A DNA stretch of 64,000 bases from Amoebophrya sp. A120 (taxonomy: Eukaryota; Protista; Dinoflagellata), in the NCBI GenBank assembly GCA_905178155.1, contig CAJINV010000003.1:3541620-3605619 (forward strand), written 5' to 3'. Both the position numbers and the translations under genes were made by a program. Below the pieces are notes generated by a model. That model did not search any database and was not told the origin of the DNA. It saw nothing but the letters and a program-made list of their open reading frames with translations. Shown in pieces: positions 45,801-54,746 of this stretch (the first letter of the stretch is position 1; every line of letters begins with the position of its first letter).

Positions 45801-48800
45801 GCCGCCTTTTTTTCCGCCGGCGGCGGCGCGGCCGCCTTTTTCTCCGCCGGTGGCGGCGCGGCCGCTTTTTTCTCCGCCGGTGGCGGCGCGGCCGCTTTTT
45901 TCTCCGCCGCGGGGGCTGGTGCAGGTTTTGCCGCTGGGAAGAGTGGGTTTGGTTGCGTAGTCGCCGTCGTTGCCGTTGTCCTTGCCAGAGGACCTTTCAG
46001 CGGAGGAGGAGGCGATGGACTGAAATATCGGCTCGTCGCTGGAAGTGCGGTCGCAGCGGTTTTACTTCCTGGTGCAGTGGTCGACGATTCATCCTTCGAA
46101 CTTCTGGTCGAACACATCTTTGGTACATCCGCTACTGATTTCCTCGGCTCAACATCCTTTTTGGCAGGCACGGATGGAGGTCGGCGGCTGAAGATGCTTT
46201 TCTTTTTTTGGCTTCTACTTCGACTTCGGCTCCTTCGACTGGAGCTCGAGCTGCCGTTGCTCCCTTTTCGGTGGCCGCTCCGACTCCGGCTGACACACTT
46301 CGCTTTACTTTTGTTCCGGCTGCGGCTTCGCTTCTTCAATATTACGCCGATCTTTTTTTCTTTACTCGCACTCCGGCTGCGACTTCTCTTTTTCAGTGCT
46401 ATGGCAGAAGAAGTCTGCTTTACCTTACTTTTGCTCCGGCTGCGACTTCGGTTTCTGGATGGTGCGGCAGGAGGGGTATTCTTCGGCCTACTCTTACTTC
46501 GGCTGCGACTTCTCTTTTTCAGCGCTGTGGCAGAAGACGTCTGCTTTACCTTACTTTTGCTCCGGCTGCGACTTCGTTTTCTCAATGGCACGGCAGGAGG
46601 GGTCTTCTTCGGCCTACTCTTACTTCGGCTGCGACTTCTTTTTTTCAGTGCTATGGCAGAAGAAGTCTGCTTTACCTTACTCTTGCTCCGGCTGCGACTT
46701 CGTTTTGTTCTCAATGGCACGGCAGGAGGAGAGGTCTTCTTCGGCCTACTCTTACTTCTGCTGCGTTTCTTCAGAACTACGGGTCGACTCCGGCTTATTG
46801 CCCTGCTTGGACTTCTACTCTTGTTCCGCTGCTTGCTCGGACTGCGAGCGGCACTCCTCTCTTTACGGCCCCGACTGCGACTGCGGCTCAGGAGTATGAA
46901 CGACCGTGGGGCTTCAACTCTCGGCCGGCCAGGACTTCTTCGGCGCTCTGCAGCTCTCTTCTTCGAAGCGCTGCGTTTGATACTTCGGCCTCGCTCCTTC
47001 TGCGGTTTCCTGCTGCGACTGCGACTTACCTTCTTTTTTTCTCGGCTCTTTCGAGCGCTTTTGTTCCGTTCGTCAGACTGGTGCCCGACAACAATACCCT
47101 TCGGCTTATCATCATTCCGACTTGCAGTTGTCTTCTGTCGTGCTGCAAGAGCAGCCCGCTCGTCCAATGCTTCCAACTCACGATAATACTCGTCCCACCC
47201 CTTCGAAAGGTCGGCCTCCCGCTGTTGCAGTTCCTTTTTCAGTTTCTCGAGTCTCGCGCACTCTGTCTGCACCGCGTTGTGGTCCCTTGAGCTGTCGACT
47301 TTGCTAGCGCTGCTGCTGGTGCAGCTAGAGCTCTTTGTATTTCCTCTGCTTGAAGACGCAGCATTGTCTTTTGGCACAGAATCTTCACGATAGAAGAACG
47401 GTCGCTGGTGTTTTGTTCGGCTCACCTCTGCCTCCGATGCCTTGTAGCTCGCAGCGACGCTCACTTCGATTAGCTTCTTCACATCCGCGTCATTCAGCTT
47501 CCTGTTTTTCGACTCCTTCGTCCCCACTTTATCTTCATCCTTTTCAACTGACCGTCGCTCGAGTCTCTTCTCGCGAACAGCACTCCGAGATCTCCTCCGC
47601 TGCGCCAGTTGTGCAAGCTTTCCCGCCGGAGGGGAGGCCACTGCGTTTGAGGAGCTACTACTGGAAGACGCACTTTTTCTATTTCGTGACGCGGCACGCC
47701 CGCGCGGGGGCTTCTTACTAATGTTTTTCGATGAAGTGAGGTCATTTTGCAGCTCGTCCTGGCTCCCTCTCCTCTTTCGATCAGCGCTTCTCTTGCGTGA
47801 GACTGATAGTTGGGGTCGGTGGTCCTCATGGGAGGATGCTGCAGGACGCGACTGTGGTGCTTCGCCGGAGCTGCCTTTCTGTTCTTGAGGTACTCGGTTC
47901 TCCTGCTCCGGGACAAGGGCGTAATCAACCTCATAGCCGCTCTTGACGGTCGTCGGCTGCCTGGGATTCTGACCACGTCTTCGGCGCCCGCGCACTCGCG
48001 GCTCCTTGCCAGGTCTTATTATTTCCTCCGACGAGGTCGCAGATTCTCTCCGTCTGTTTTCACGCTGCGCACCGATCTTCACCACTTCGTCCTGCTTGCC
48101 TCCATCGTTGCTTCCCTTTTGCACAGCAGCAAGCTGCTCTTGCCTGGGGTTCTCTTCGGCGCTGCGCAATCGCTTCTTACCAGGTCTTGCTATTTCCTCT
48201 GAAGGGGTCGATTCTCTTTTTTTACCAGGCCTTGCTATTTCCTCTGAAGAGGTCGACTCTCTCTTTTTACCATGATCATTACCAGGTCGTGCTATTTCCT
48301 CTGAAGAGGTTGATTCTCTTTTTCTCCGTTTGTTTTCACGCTGCGCACTGCTCGCCCCTTCCTCCTGCTTGCCTCCATCGTGGCTTCGCTTTTGCACAGC
48401 AGCAACCTGTTCTGCGGCACCACCCACAGATGATGGGAGTGCCGCTCCCGAGCTGCTGGCTTCATCTGGGACTTCTTGCTTTCTCGTATCACCCAGGCAC
48501 TCCTGCTCCGCAAGGGTGCTATCGATGTCCGTCGGCTGCAGCTCTCCTGCTGGTGGAACAAGGTTGCAGCTCTCGTCCTGACCTAGTAGTGTGGCAGCAG
48601 CTCCTTCCCCTTCCGCTTCAACTAGTCCAGTCTCCAAGCCCTCACTCGCGATCTTCCCATCGCCAGGACTAAATTGCTGTACTAGAATGAGCGCCTCGGC
48701 TGGATGCTCATGATATGCACCTTTCTGCACTTCGTCCTCATTACGAAGTACAACTGGAGCATAGTCCTTTTCGTGTTCATCATCAGCAAGCCCCTCCTGC

Positions 48801-49345
48801 CCTGGCGTAGAAGTCTCCGCAACTCTCCACGGATGCGGATCTTCGGGCCGTTCCCGGTGGCCAGCAAGAATTTCGTGTTGAAGTAGATCATCTTTTATCT
48901 CTTTCTCTGCCACCGCAACTTCTACTTCACCGGCATCTTGGCCTTGTTCCGCAACTCTATTCGTGGCATTATTCTGCTCTTCACCAATTTCATGATTGCC
49001 AAACCGTTCTTGCTCTTCTGCAACTTTAGTATTGGCTTTTTGTTCTTCTTGTGCAGTTTGATGATTGGCATCTTTGTTCTCCTCGGCCGCCTCGTTTTTA
49101 GCATCATCGCGCTGTTCGGTTCGAAATCGCTCACTGGCGTCACGCTCGTCCGCAACTTCATTTTTGGCGTCTTGCACCTCGGTCGCAATTTGATCATTGG
49201 CATCGCCATCGTGGTCGTTCGCACCATCGCCGGCATATTCTTGATAATCTTGTTCGGCAAATTCAGCGGGATCTTCTTCTTCTTCGGGAAGCGCAGCAAA
49301 AAGGTTTTCGTCGATACTTGTCAAAAATGGATTGCTGCCCGTCAT
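42842..49345 (-). CDS. PRP4-type (PRPF4B-like) CMGC kinase with long acidic, RS-rich and Pro/Ala-rich N-terminal regions, intronless
   Basis: RYRVGKLVGNGIFASVW, EVAIKCMRQLDLMTSSGRKELRVL, LLRFFHYEQHLCLVFE (PRP4K-like), HGDVKTDN, KICDFG, LWYRAPE, DCWAAGCVLFE, plus extensive RSRS tracts. First ATG at 49345. Confidence 0.82.
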   Translation of the reverse strand: MTGSNPFLTSIDENLFAALPEEEEDPAEFAEQDYQEYAGDGANDHDGDANDQIATEVQDAKNEVADERDASERFRTEQRDDAKNEAAEENKDANHQTAQEEQKANTKVAEEQERFGNHEIGEEQNNATNRVAEQGQDAGEVEVAVAEKEIKDDLLQHEILAGHRERPEDPHPWRVAETSTPGQEGLADDEHEKDYAPVVLRNEDEVQKGAYHEHPAEALILVQQFSPGDGKIASEGLETGLVEAEGEGAAATLLGQDESCNLVPPAGELQPTDIDSTLAEQECLGDTRKQEVPDEASSSGAALPSSVGGAAEQVAAVQKRSHDGGKQEEGASSAQRENKRRKRESTSSEEIARPGNDHGKKRESTSSEEIARPGKKRESTPSEEIARPGKKRLRSAEENPRQEQLAAVQKGSNDGGKQDEVVKIGAQRENRRRESATSSEEIIRPGKEPRVRGRRRRGQNPRQPTTVKSGYEVDYALVPEQENRVPQEQKGSSGEAPQSRPAASSHEDHRPQLSVSRKRSADRKRRGSQDELQNDLTSSKNISKKPPRGRAASRNRKSASSSSSSSNAVASPPAGKLAQLAQRRRSRSAVREKRLERRSVEKDEDKVGTKESKNRKLNDADVKKLIEVSVAASYKASEAEVSRTKHQRPFFYREDSVPKDNAASSSRGNTKSSSCTSSSASKVDSSRDHNAVQTECARLEKLKKELQQREADLSKGWDEYYRELEALDERAALAARQKTTASRNDDKPKGIVVGHQSDERNKSARKSREKKKVSRSRSRKPQKERGRSIKRSASKKRAAERRRSPGRPRVEAPRSFILLSRSRSRGRKERSAARSPSKQRNKSRSPSRAISRSRPVVLKKRSRSKSRPKKTSPPAVPLRTKRSRSRSKSKVKQTSSAIALKKRSRSRSKSRPKKTPPAVPLRKRSRSRSKSKVKQTSSATALKKRSRSRSKSRPKNTPPAAPSRNRSRSRSKSKVKQTSSAIALKKRSRSRSASKEKKIGVILKKRSRSRNKSKAKCVSRSRSGHRKGSNGSSSSSRRSRSRSRSQKKKSIFSRRPPSVPAKKDVEPRKSVADVPKMCSTRSSKDESSTTAPGSKTAATALPATSRYFSPSPPPPLKGPLARTTATTATTQPNPLFPAAKPAPAPAAEKKAAAPPPAEKKAAAPPPAEKKAAAPPPAEKKAAAPVPPASSATTNFAPAKSVTIAPFVVSTKAGAPSNPLSAASTAACPPAGQAAVPAPSVTGSFKPISIHLKQPVLVNTTGLFPTQFQRGVRVPVGGMYNIGNAVKPPAPPARPFIPVATAAAPAGTGVPRPPVPATAATTAAGAAPVAPKSTTGFGATATRNHQHVAKLFASVATKAASPSSEDVPGTSGAPSLAKARPQATSAVVAGFSKANPPKNLTNAAAKSSAPVVQPAVVPGVQQAPPVKTTSIPISSGTTATISSVVTQRAPSPPRIEMPLQAALLPNQRQAGGYLTLVPGYCFKDKRYRVGKLVGNGIFASVWKCTDLSERQWLLRAEPAKRILRAADRGGSTSEAARIEAFVALKTLRKERLAASRAASNAGAGSSCTTLSCSSTQVDNLTQEHSFDGEDDTLSDDGDGEVAIKCMRQLDLMTSSGRKELRVLKYLLYDHPRKETSSGSESDGASSARKKQAHAGRRYIVKLLRFFHYEQHLCLVFEHMWSGLREALPRVFDAVLAPGAMAKDESTLRSLQAYLEASVDNMIDAQHYLRNATNHNETKQSALFLRLARAVQGITRGRGPRPANANHVLSYEDHLATSTMCAQLACLTVQGWSRQLLSALDYIHHLGFVHGDVKTDNFLVSNLTLDRPGLSKAEVDDRSCSSSAKPRWTYLAPSKLKICDFGNTVAVSEKSGVPSVSMPESTAAAKLVIGEEDRTWLAPLWYRAPETMLSLPNHASTKADCWAAGCVLFEVFTAFFFRHQLQLESNLSVWSSTVAELRTRKRSLALPLEAGVLFAAARGAPAAPGCAAVYGAQTAQQQQQPTENAQLKLMQERLGKIPAHLIISHRTETARLQMLQVTNPQLTSTQAIEEHFNAQSDFLSEDQNSALGGFLCLKKPIKVFPMGNPMYVHAKFEKYAKQEAIEIFNKTGAGVGAVSPEHAELKIAFGSFLQGWLVTQGAVMVAALVDFDPGRRKSAQEVLARSGFLRCHD
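45795..45909. repeat. Coding minisatellite, 30-bp unit, ~4 copies (AEKKAAAPPP)
   Basis: GGCGCGGCCGCYTTTTTCTCCGCCGGTGGC units in tandem. Confidence 0.9.
46374..46760. repeat. Coding tandem repeat, 126-bp unit (42 aa, RS-rich), ~3 copies
   Basis: GACTTCT...TTCAG recurs at 46381, 46507 and 46633. Unit KRSRSRSKSKVKQTSSAIALKKRSRSRSKSRPKKTPPAVPLR. Confidence 0.9.
48008..48403. repeat. Coding repeats RESTSSEEIARPG (4 copies) nested in a larger duplicated block (AAVQK...DGGKQ...AQREN)
   Basis: Visible in both the translation and the DNA (GCTATTTCCTCTGAAG x3). Confidence 0.8.
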
Positions 49346-50417
49346 GATATTCCTTGACAACTGTAAAAACAACCTCTACCTCGCTATTTGGCACAGATTT
49401 ATTTTCCGCTGATGCCAATCCTTAACAAGAACGCGCGGCCCACTAAAACACGTCCGATACCTTCGATTGCCTTTTCGTTTTCTTACGGCGGAAAAAACAT
49501 ATACTTAGAAACGACATCAACTGTATTGTCCTCTAGCTTAGTGAGATCGCTGCGCTACTGGACCACAAGTAAAAGAAATCACAAGAGGACTACTACTGGC
49601 AAGCGACCGAGCAAGAAAATCATGATATACAGCGAAGTTTTCAGTTTGAGGTCGCACGTTTGTTGAATTGATATGAAGGCCTCTCACTCCAACTTCGGGC
49701 TCGGACACATGCAGCAGGAGAAAAATAAAGAGGCTAAACCAACTTTGACTTATGCAAATGATCACGTGAAAGCCTCTGCTTTTAGATCTTGGCTGCTGGC
49801 GCGAGCACGAGCGCTTTCGTGGCATTAATCCAGGCGCATTCGTACGGGTTCTTCCCACTGCGGTTGTATTCAGAAATGCTAAGTACAGACTTGCGTGAAA
49901 CATTTGATGTCGCGGACACTGAAACCATGCACTTCGCACGCAGCGTAGGTGATGCCACGGTAATATGCTGTATATTAAGCGCACTGCGGCATGTGTATTA
50001 TCTTAAAGCAAGTTTTACTGTAACAAGTATCTTTTGACTCATACATCCTCAACAGCGTCATCGTCAAGACGAGAAACTTCTCATCGTTGGAAAAAGTCTG
50101 TGACGGTCGAAACAATCGAACTTGAACTGCCACATCATCCACAATGATACCACTAGTAGGAGACCTAGGGTATGCGTAGGCGCAATCAAGCGCATCATCA
50201 AAGGTGCGCAAGAAATTAATAGTGTGCGCAATAGGGTTTAGTTCCGAAGCAAGAAGAAACCCGATAAAGGTCAATAATGTAATCAATTCCGCAACATATT
50301 CTCAAGAAACAAGAAGTCAGTCATGGCGCGTCGTCGAACATCGAACAAGAAGATCATCGTACACTCATAGGCAGGTCGACGTCAACAGATGATGAAGTTG
50401 CCAACCAACAACTGAAC

Positions 50418-53400
50418 TTAGCTAGGTTCCAGAGGCTTTAACACCTCGCAGTAGAGGTCATTCTCGTCGGGCTCGTGAAAAAAAGCGTGTTCCAGAATGG
50501 CCGCGGCCGTGAGCGTACTCGGCTGCACCAAACACGCTTTCAGCAGGTCCCGCAGGCTCTCGTGCTGGATCCGGTCGAGCAAACTCTGCTGCGCGTTGGG
50601 GTCCAAATACGCCGTCAGCTTGTCCACATTGTCGCCGAGCTGCGCTTTGTAGACGATATCGGTGACGCACAGCCCGTACCCGATTACGTCGCGCCGACTT
50701 TCCGGCACGAGCTTCGAGTGGTTTAGGATTTTCTCCGTCGCGGTGTGGAGGGGCGTTTTCCCGATGAAAGCGGGGTCGCCGAGGAAAATGTTACCCGTGT
50801 TTTGCTTCACGAAAACGTTGTCCATGGAGACGTTGCCGTGCAGGCGGTTGAAAGAAAGAAAGAACTGGAGCCCCTCCGCCAAGTCCCGGGCCCACTTCCG
50901 CACGACCGCAAGCTTCAGAGGCCGCTCCTTCGGCAGCCGCGTGATGTGAGACCGGATTGTGTGCGAGCTGCCCCGCCCTGTTATCACGACGAAGGGGTCC
51001 GTCGTGCTCCCCGCATTTTCCCAAGAGGCCAGACCGTGGACGACCCTAGAAGCGGATTATTTCGTCTAAAATTATGCAGGACCGGTAGCAAAGTAGAACA
51101 AATTAAATACACTTACACGTCGAAAACGACTCTGTGAAGAGGTGCATATTACTTTCGTTCTAGATAGAAGTACCACTCGCTTTGTTCCCTACGTGCGTCT
51201 GCGGCCATGTCCTTGTTTGGCGGCACGTGGTCCAACACGTTCCAGGCGATCTGACGCCCCGTGTTTGAGTCATACCCCATGTTCACACGATTGAAGGATC
51301 CCGGGCCGCCGCGTGGCTCGCCCTTGTACCTGAGAAGCAAAAGGCGTGCGTGCAAGGTATACTTAGGAAATCCGTGAGGTGACTCCCCGATGCAAAGCTG
51401 CTATACTACAGCAAAGGTTCTCGCAAAAAAAAAACTTGCGCTTAGCCTTTGGCTCCGTGCAGCTTTTTTTATAAGCTGAATTATTCTGAGGTACGGACGA
51501 AGCCGTCATCGTCCTGCTCGCTTCCAAGGTGAGTTATCGGTACCTTATGTAGCGACCATCGGGGCTGCGTTCGATTTCCGTGTCTTCGTTCGAGTCATCC
51601 ACTTCGGCAGCAGATTTGGATTCTGCATCATCCAACTGCTGTTCCGTTTTCCGCCTAATCTTCTGCGTCGTCCGTTCCGACGGCCTGAAAACCTGGCTCT
51701 GCCCCTTGCCATCGGCAGTCGCGGATTCTTGCTGCTGCGCCTGCGCTTGGGAAGACGAGCCCGTGGTGCGCACAGGCGCGGGGTGCGCGGATGCACCAGC
51801 ACCTGAGTAGTGTTTCAAAAAAACGCACAAATTCGACGCAGTACCTAAGCTGAACTATGTTCGTATCAGTTACCGACTACACAGAAGATAAACCACGCTC
51901 ATTGTTTCTTCTATCTCAGTACTTGTACCTTGTTGGGCACCAGTAGTGGCCGCAGCTTGCTGCATGCGCTGCGGATTGGATATGCCGCGCTGAATAGTCC
52001 CCTCGGGGTCGTAAATGAGGAGCTGATACGTTTCTCCCTCCCCGAGCGCCTCCGCGCGCAAACTGCATAAGGTTTCACGCGTTTGGGGCAGGAGCAGGCG
52101 TATGCGCGCTTTGCTGGAAAGCACTATCAACTGCAAAAATGTCTGGGTCTGGAAGACTGCCAGGTTTGTCATTGTCATGCATATTTTGAATGACCCATGA
52201 TGTCTGTGATGCATGCCCTAGCATCACAGATTTTTAGAGGACTTTGTGATGCCTCTACCGCATGAGAAATGCCCTCTCCACGTAGCACAAACTGGAGTCC
52301 TTTTGTATTTGTTGGTCATGCAATACAAATTTTTTTCGAATCCAGAGACAGCATTACAAGTTTAGAATCTTCCAGACCCAGACATTTTTACATTTGATAA
52401 GCACGTGAAAGAGCCCAAACGCCTGTTTGATCGTGTCTAGAACATCTTCGTTCGTATCCTGTAGACAGCAGCGGAACAGACGCCGCCGATTGTTGTGCTC
52501 CACCGCAAACCGGCGATAATTACCAAGCGGAGCAGCGCTCGCAGTCGCATTTATTGTTCCTTGCGAAGGGTTCGACGGCGCGGCAATTTGTCCCGGGCCG
52601 CCGGGTGTGAGCTGTGCAGCACTCGCGGCTGCGCCTGTGCCCGTGCTACTCTGTGGTCCTCCGCCCGTAGCAGTGGAGACCGAGCCCGGACCTCCTGCCT
52701 GCTGCTGATACAGACCGTTGACTGTGTTTGGCGTCGGCGTACCTCCAGCGGTGGTCAGCAAATTACCGGCAGAAGGATTCGAGACCATGCCCGGCATGGG
52801 CCCGGCTGCACGCACCGGAACGGACGGACCACTCACGTAGCCGGCAAGCTGTTGAAACGACCCCGCCATCCCGCCTGCCGTGCCCGGCTGCTTGGTCACG
52901 GCCGCGGAAGATGAGCCTGTAGTTCCGGGTACGGCTCCTGTCAAGGACGGTGTCGCCTGACCACTCGGCGGTGCTTGAGCTTGTGCTTGGATCTGCGACG
53001 CAGGAACCATTGCAGCTTGTTGTTGCCCTCCAGGCTGCTGCGGTTGCCCAGGCGGCTTCGACGCTACTTGCTGCGTCTGTATCGTACCCTCAGTTCCCGA
53101 ATCTGCCCGTCCCCGCGGAGGCGTTGTCGGCATCCAGTCGTCTACCCGGATCGGCAAAGGCAGAGTCGGATTGCTGGCCGTCGCAGCGGGAGCCTGGGGC
53201 GTCGTACTAGAGGAGGATGCCTGCTTTGGCTCTACCTCTATCTGAGCGGAGGAAATGGGAACCGTAGGCACGACCTGCTGCGGGGGCGGTGTCGCGTTCA
53301 TAGGATTATTTCCGACACCACCCATTGGCAGCTGTTGGTGTTGCTGATTAGGTGGCACATTATTTGATGCCAACTGAACCACCGGGGGCGGGACCTGCGT

Positions 53401-53658
53401 TGCAATTTGTGGCTGCTGCTGCGGAGTGCCCTGGTTGCTGTACTGTATTGGTGGCTGCTGCTGCTGCTGCTGTTGGGCGACGTAGATGGGACCGCTCGCT
53501 TGTTGCGGAACCAGGACGGGAGTGCTGTTATTTTGCATCGAAAACGTCGTCGGCGATGCACCGGTTAGGGCAACGGGGTTGTTCGGATTGGCGCTCATCG
53601 CGACTGGGGTCTGCTGCCCCGGACCCGGAGCCCCGCCCGGAGGTGGATCCTGCTGCAT
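50418..53658 (-). CDS. WNK/NRBP-like (pseudo)kinase with Q/P-rich N-terminus; 5 exons, first intron non-canonical
   Basis: ERSPDGRYIR|Y, GSFNRVNMGYDSNTGRQIAWN, FVVIT, VVRKWARDLAEGLQF, LHGNVSMDNVFVKQNTGNIFLGD are WNK-family hallmarks, with HGN instead of HRD. Confidence 0.8.
52125..52399. mobile_element. Introner/MITE-like element 4 (275 bp), same family as element 3, TSD AGCAC
   Basis: Left TATCAACTGCAAAAATGTCTGGGTCTGGAAGA, right TCTTCCAGACCCAGACATTTTTACATTTGATA. AGCAC at 52120-52124 and 52400-52404. Removing 280 nt gives GLFHVL-SSKARIRL in frame. Confidence 0.95.
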
Positions 53659-54746
53659 TATTCTTCAACTGGTGTGCTCTTCCGTCAATCAGGAGCACTC
53701 TTTTTCGGCTAGAGCCTCACGCCAGTCTTGTGTTCTGTGACTGTGTGTCCTTGATGTCGTGTGGAGAAGATCACCAAGCGATGCAAGTCATCCACAAAAA
53801 TGTAGCGTGTTGTGGCCAAGGAGGAAGTACTCAGGACGCATCTCTTATGTAGCCTGCTCGAGTTCATTTCTCGTCCTAGGAGTACGTGCAGTATGAAGAT
53901 CTGTCAGCAGCCTAAACGCAAGCTTCGCTTTCGCACGGTTATCGCAATCGCAAGGGACTACTTGCGTTTTCCTTGATAAACAAATTGGTTCGTAGTCGTA
54001 CCTACCTGCTCTCTCGGAATAAACGAAAGATCTCCATCAAATAAAGGTGCGCAGAACACTCAAACTGGGGACACAATGCATGGCTAACCTCCTGTCCATG
54101 TCCATGTCGCAGAGCCGGAAAATACGACCTCCGTAAGAGTCATCGAGTGGAGCAAAACATTGAAGATAAGTTCAGTACGGCGCATCGGCTCCTGTCGGGC
54201 GTTCTTTGCCCGCGCCGTCCGCACCCGATTCTTCTTCTTACGTAGAAGTGGTAGTTCTGGGAGCACGCTGCAGCACAGTTGTTATGCAGGTGAAGAGGAG
54301 AGAGACTATCTCTTTGGAGAGAGAAGGTGAAACTAGGTTCCTTCGCTACGCCTACGTGAAATCGCATGCGTGGATAAAGGAAAAAAGCTCTAGAAGATCT
54401 ACAAAACGAGTCCCGAAAGGACAAGTCGTGAAATGTGAAACTCGTAGTACGTACGGGTCGTTGAAGATGTTACGTACAGTGTCAGTGGCTCGAGACAACC
54501 ATTCTAGGAATTTTTTACATTCTTGGTACAACATTCTACAAGTGGGCTCCGCTGTAGTTCGTCGTGTACAAGGTCGCTTGTTGGATCCTTTAATTTGAAT
54601 TTCGTGTTCCGTATCATACATAAAAATTCTCTCTGTTCAAATCAAAACTATCGGAAGAGCTCTGGTGCGTACATCAAAATACTTCAAACTTACATCTTAC
54701 TTTCATATCGACGGACTGCAGTGGTGAAAAGGATACTCAACTTCCC

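Noticed and set aside
46374-46760. Regularly spaced repeats resembling a CRISPR array
   Set aside because: In-frame coding tandem repeats without unique spacers, eukaryotic context, and no cas genes.
44952-47290. Long plus-strand ORFs (744 aa, 360 aa)
   Set aside because: Antisense shadows of the RS/Pro-Ala low-complexity part of the PRP4-type kinase (LRLRL mirrors SRSRS).
21803-49345. CWF19L2 and PRP4-type kinase near introners as a dedicated splicing cluster
   Set aside because: They are separated by unrelated genes, and two splicing genes among ~16 is compatible with chance.
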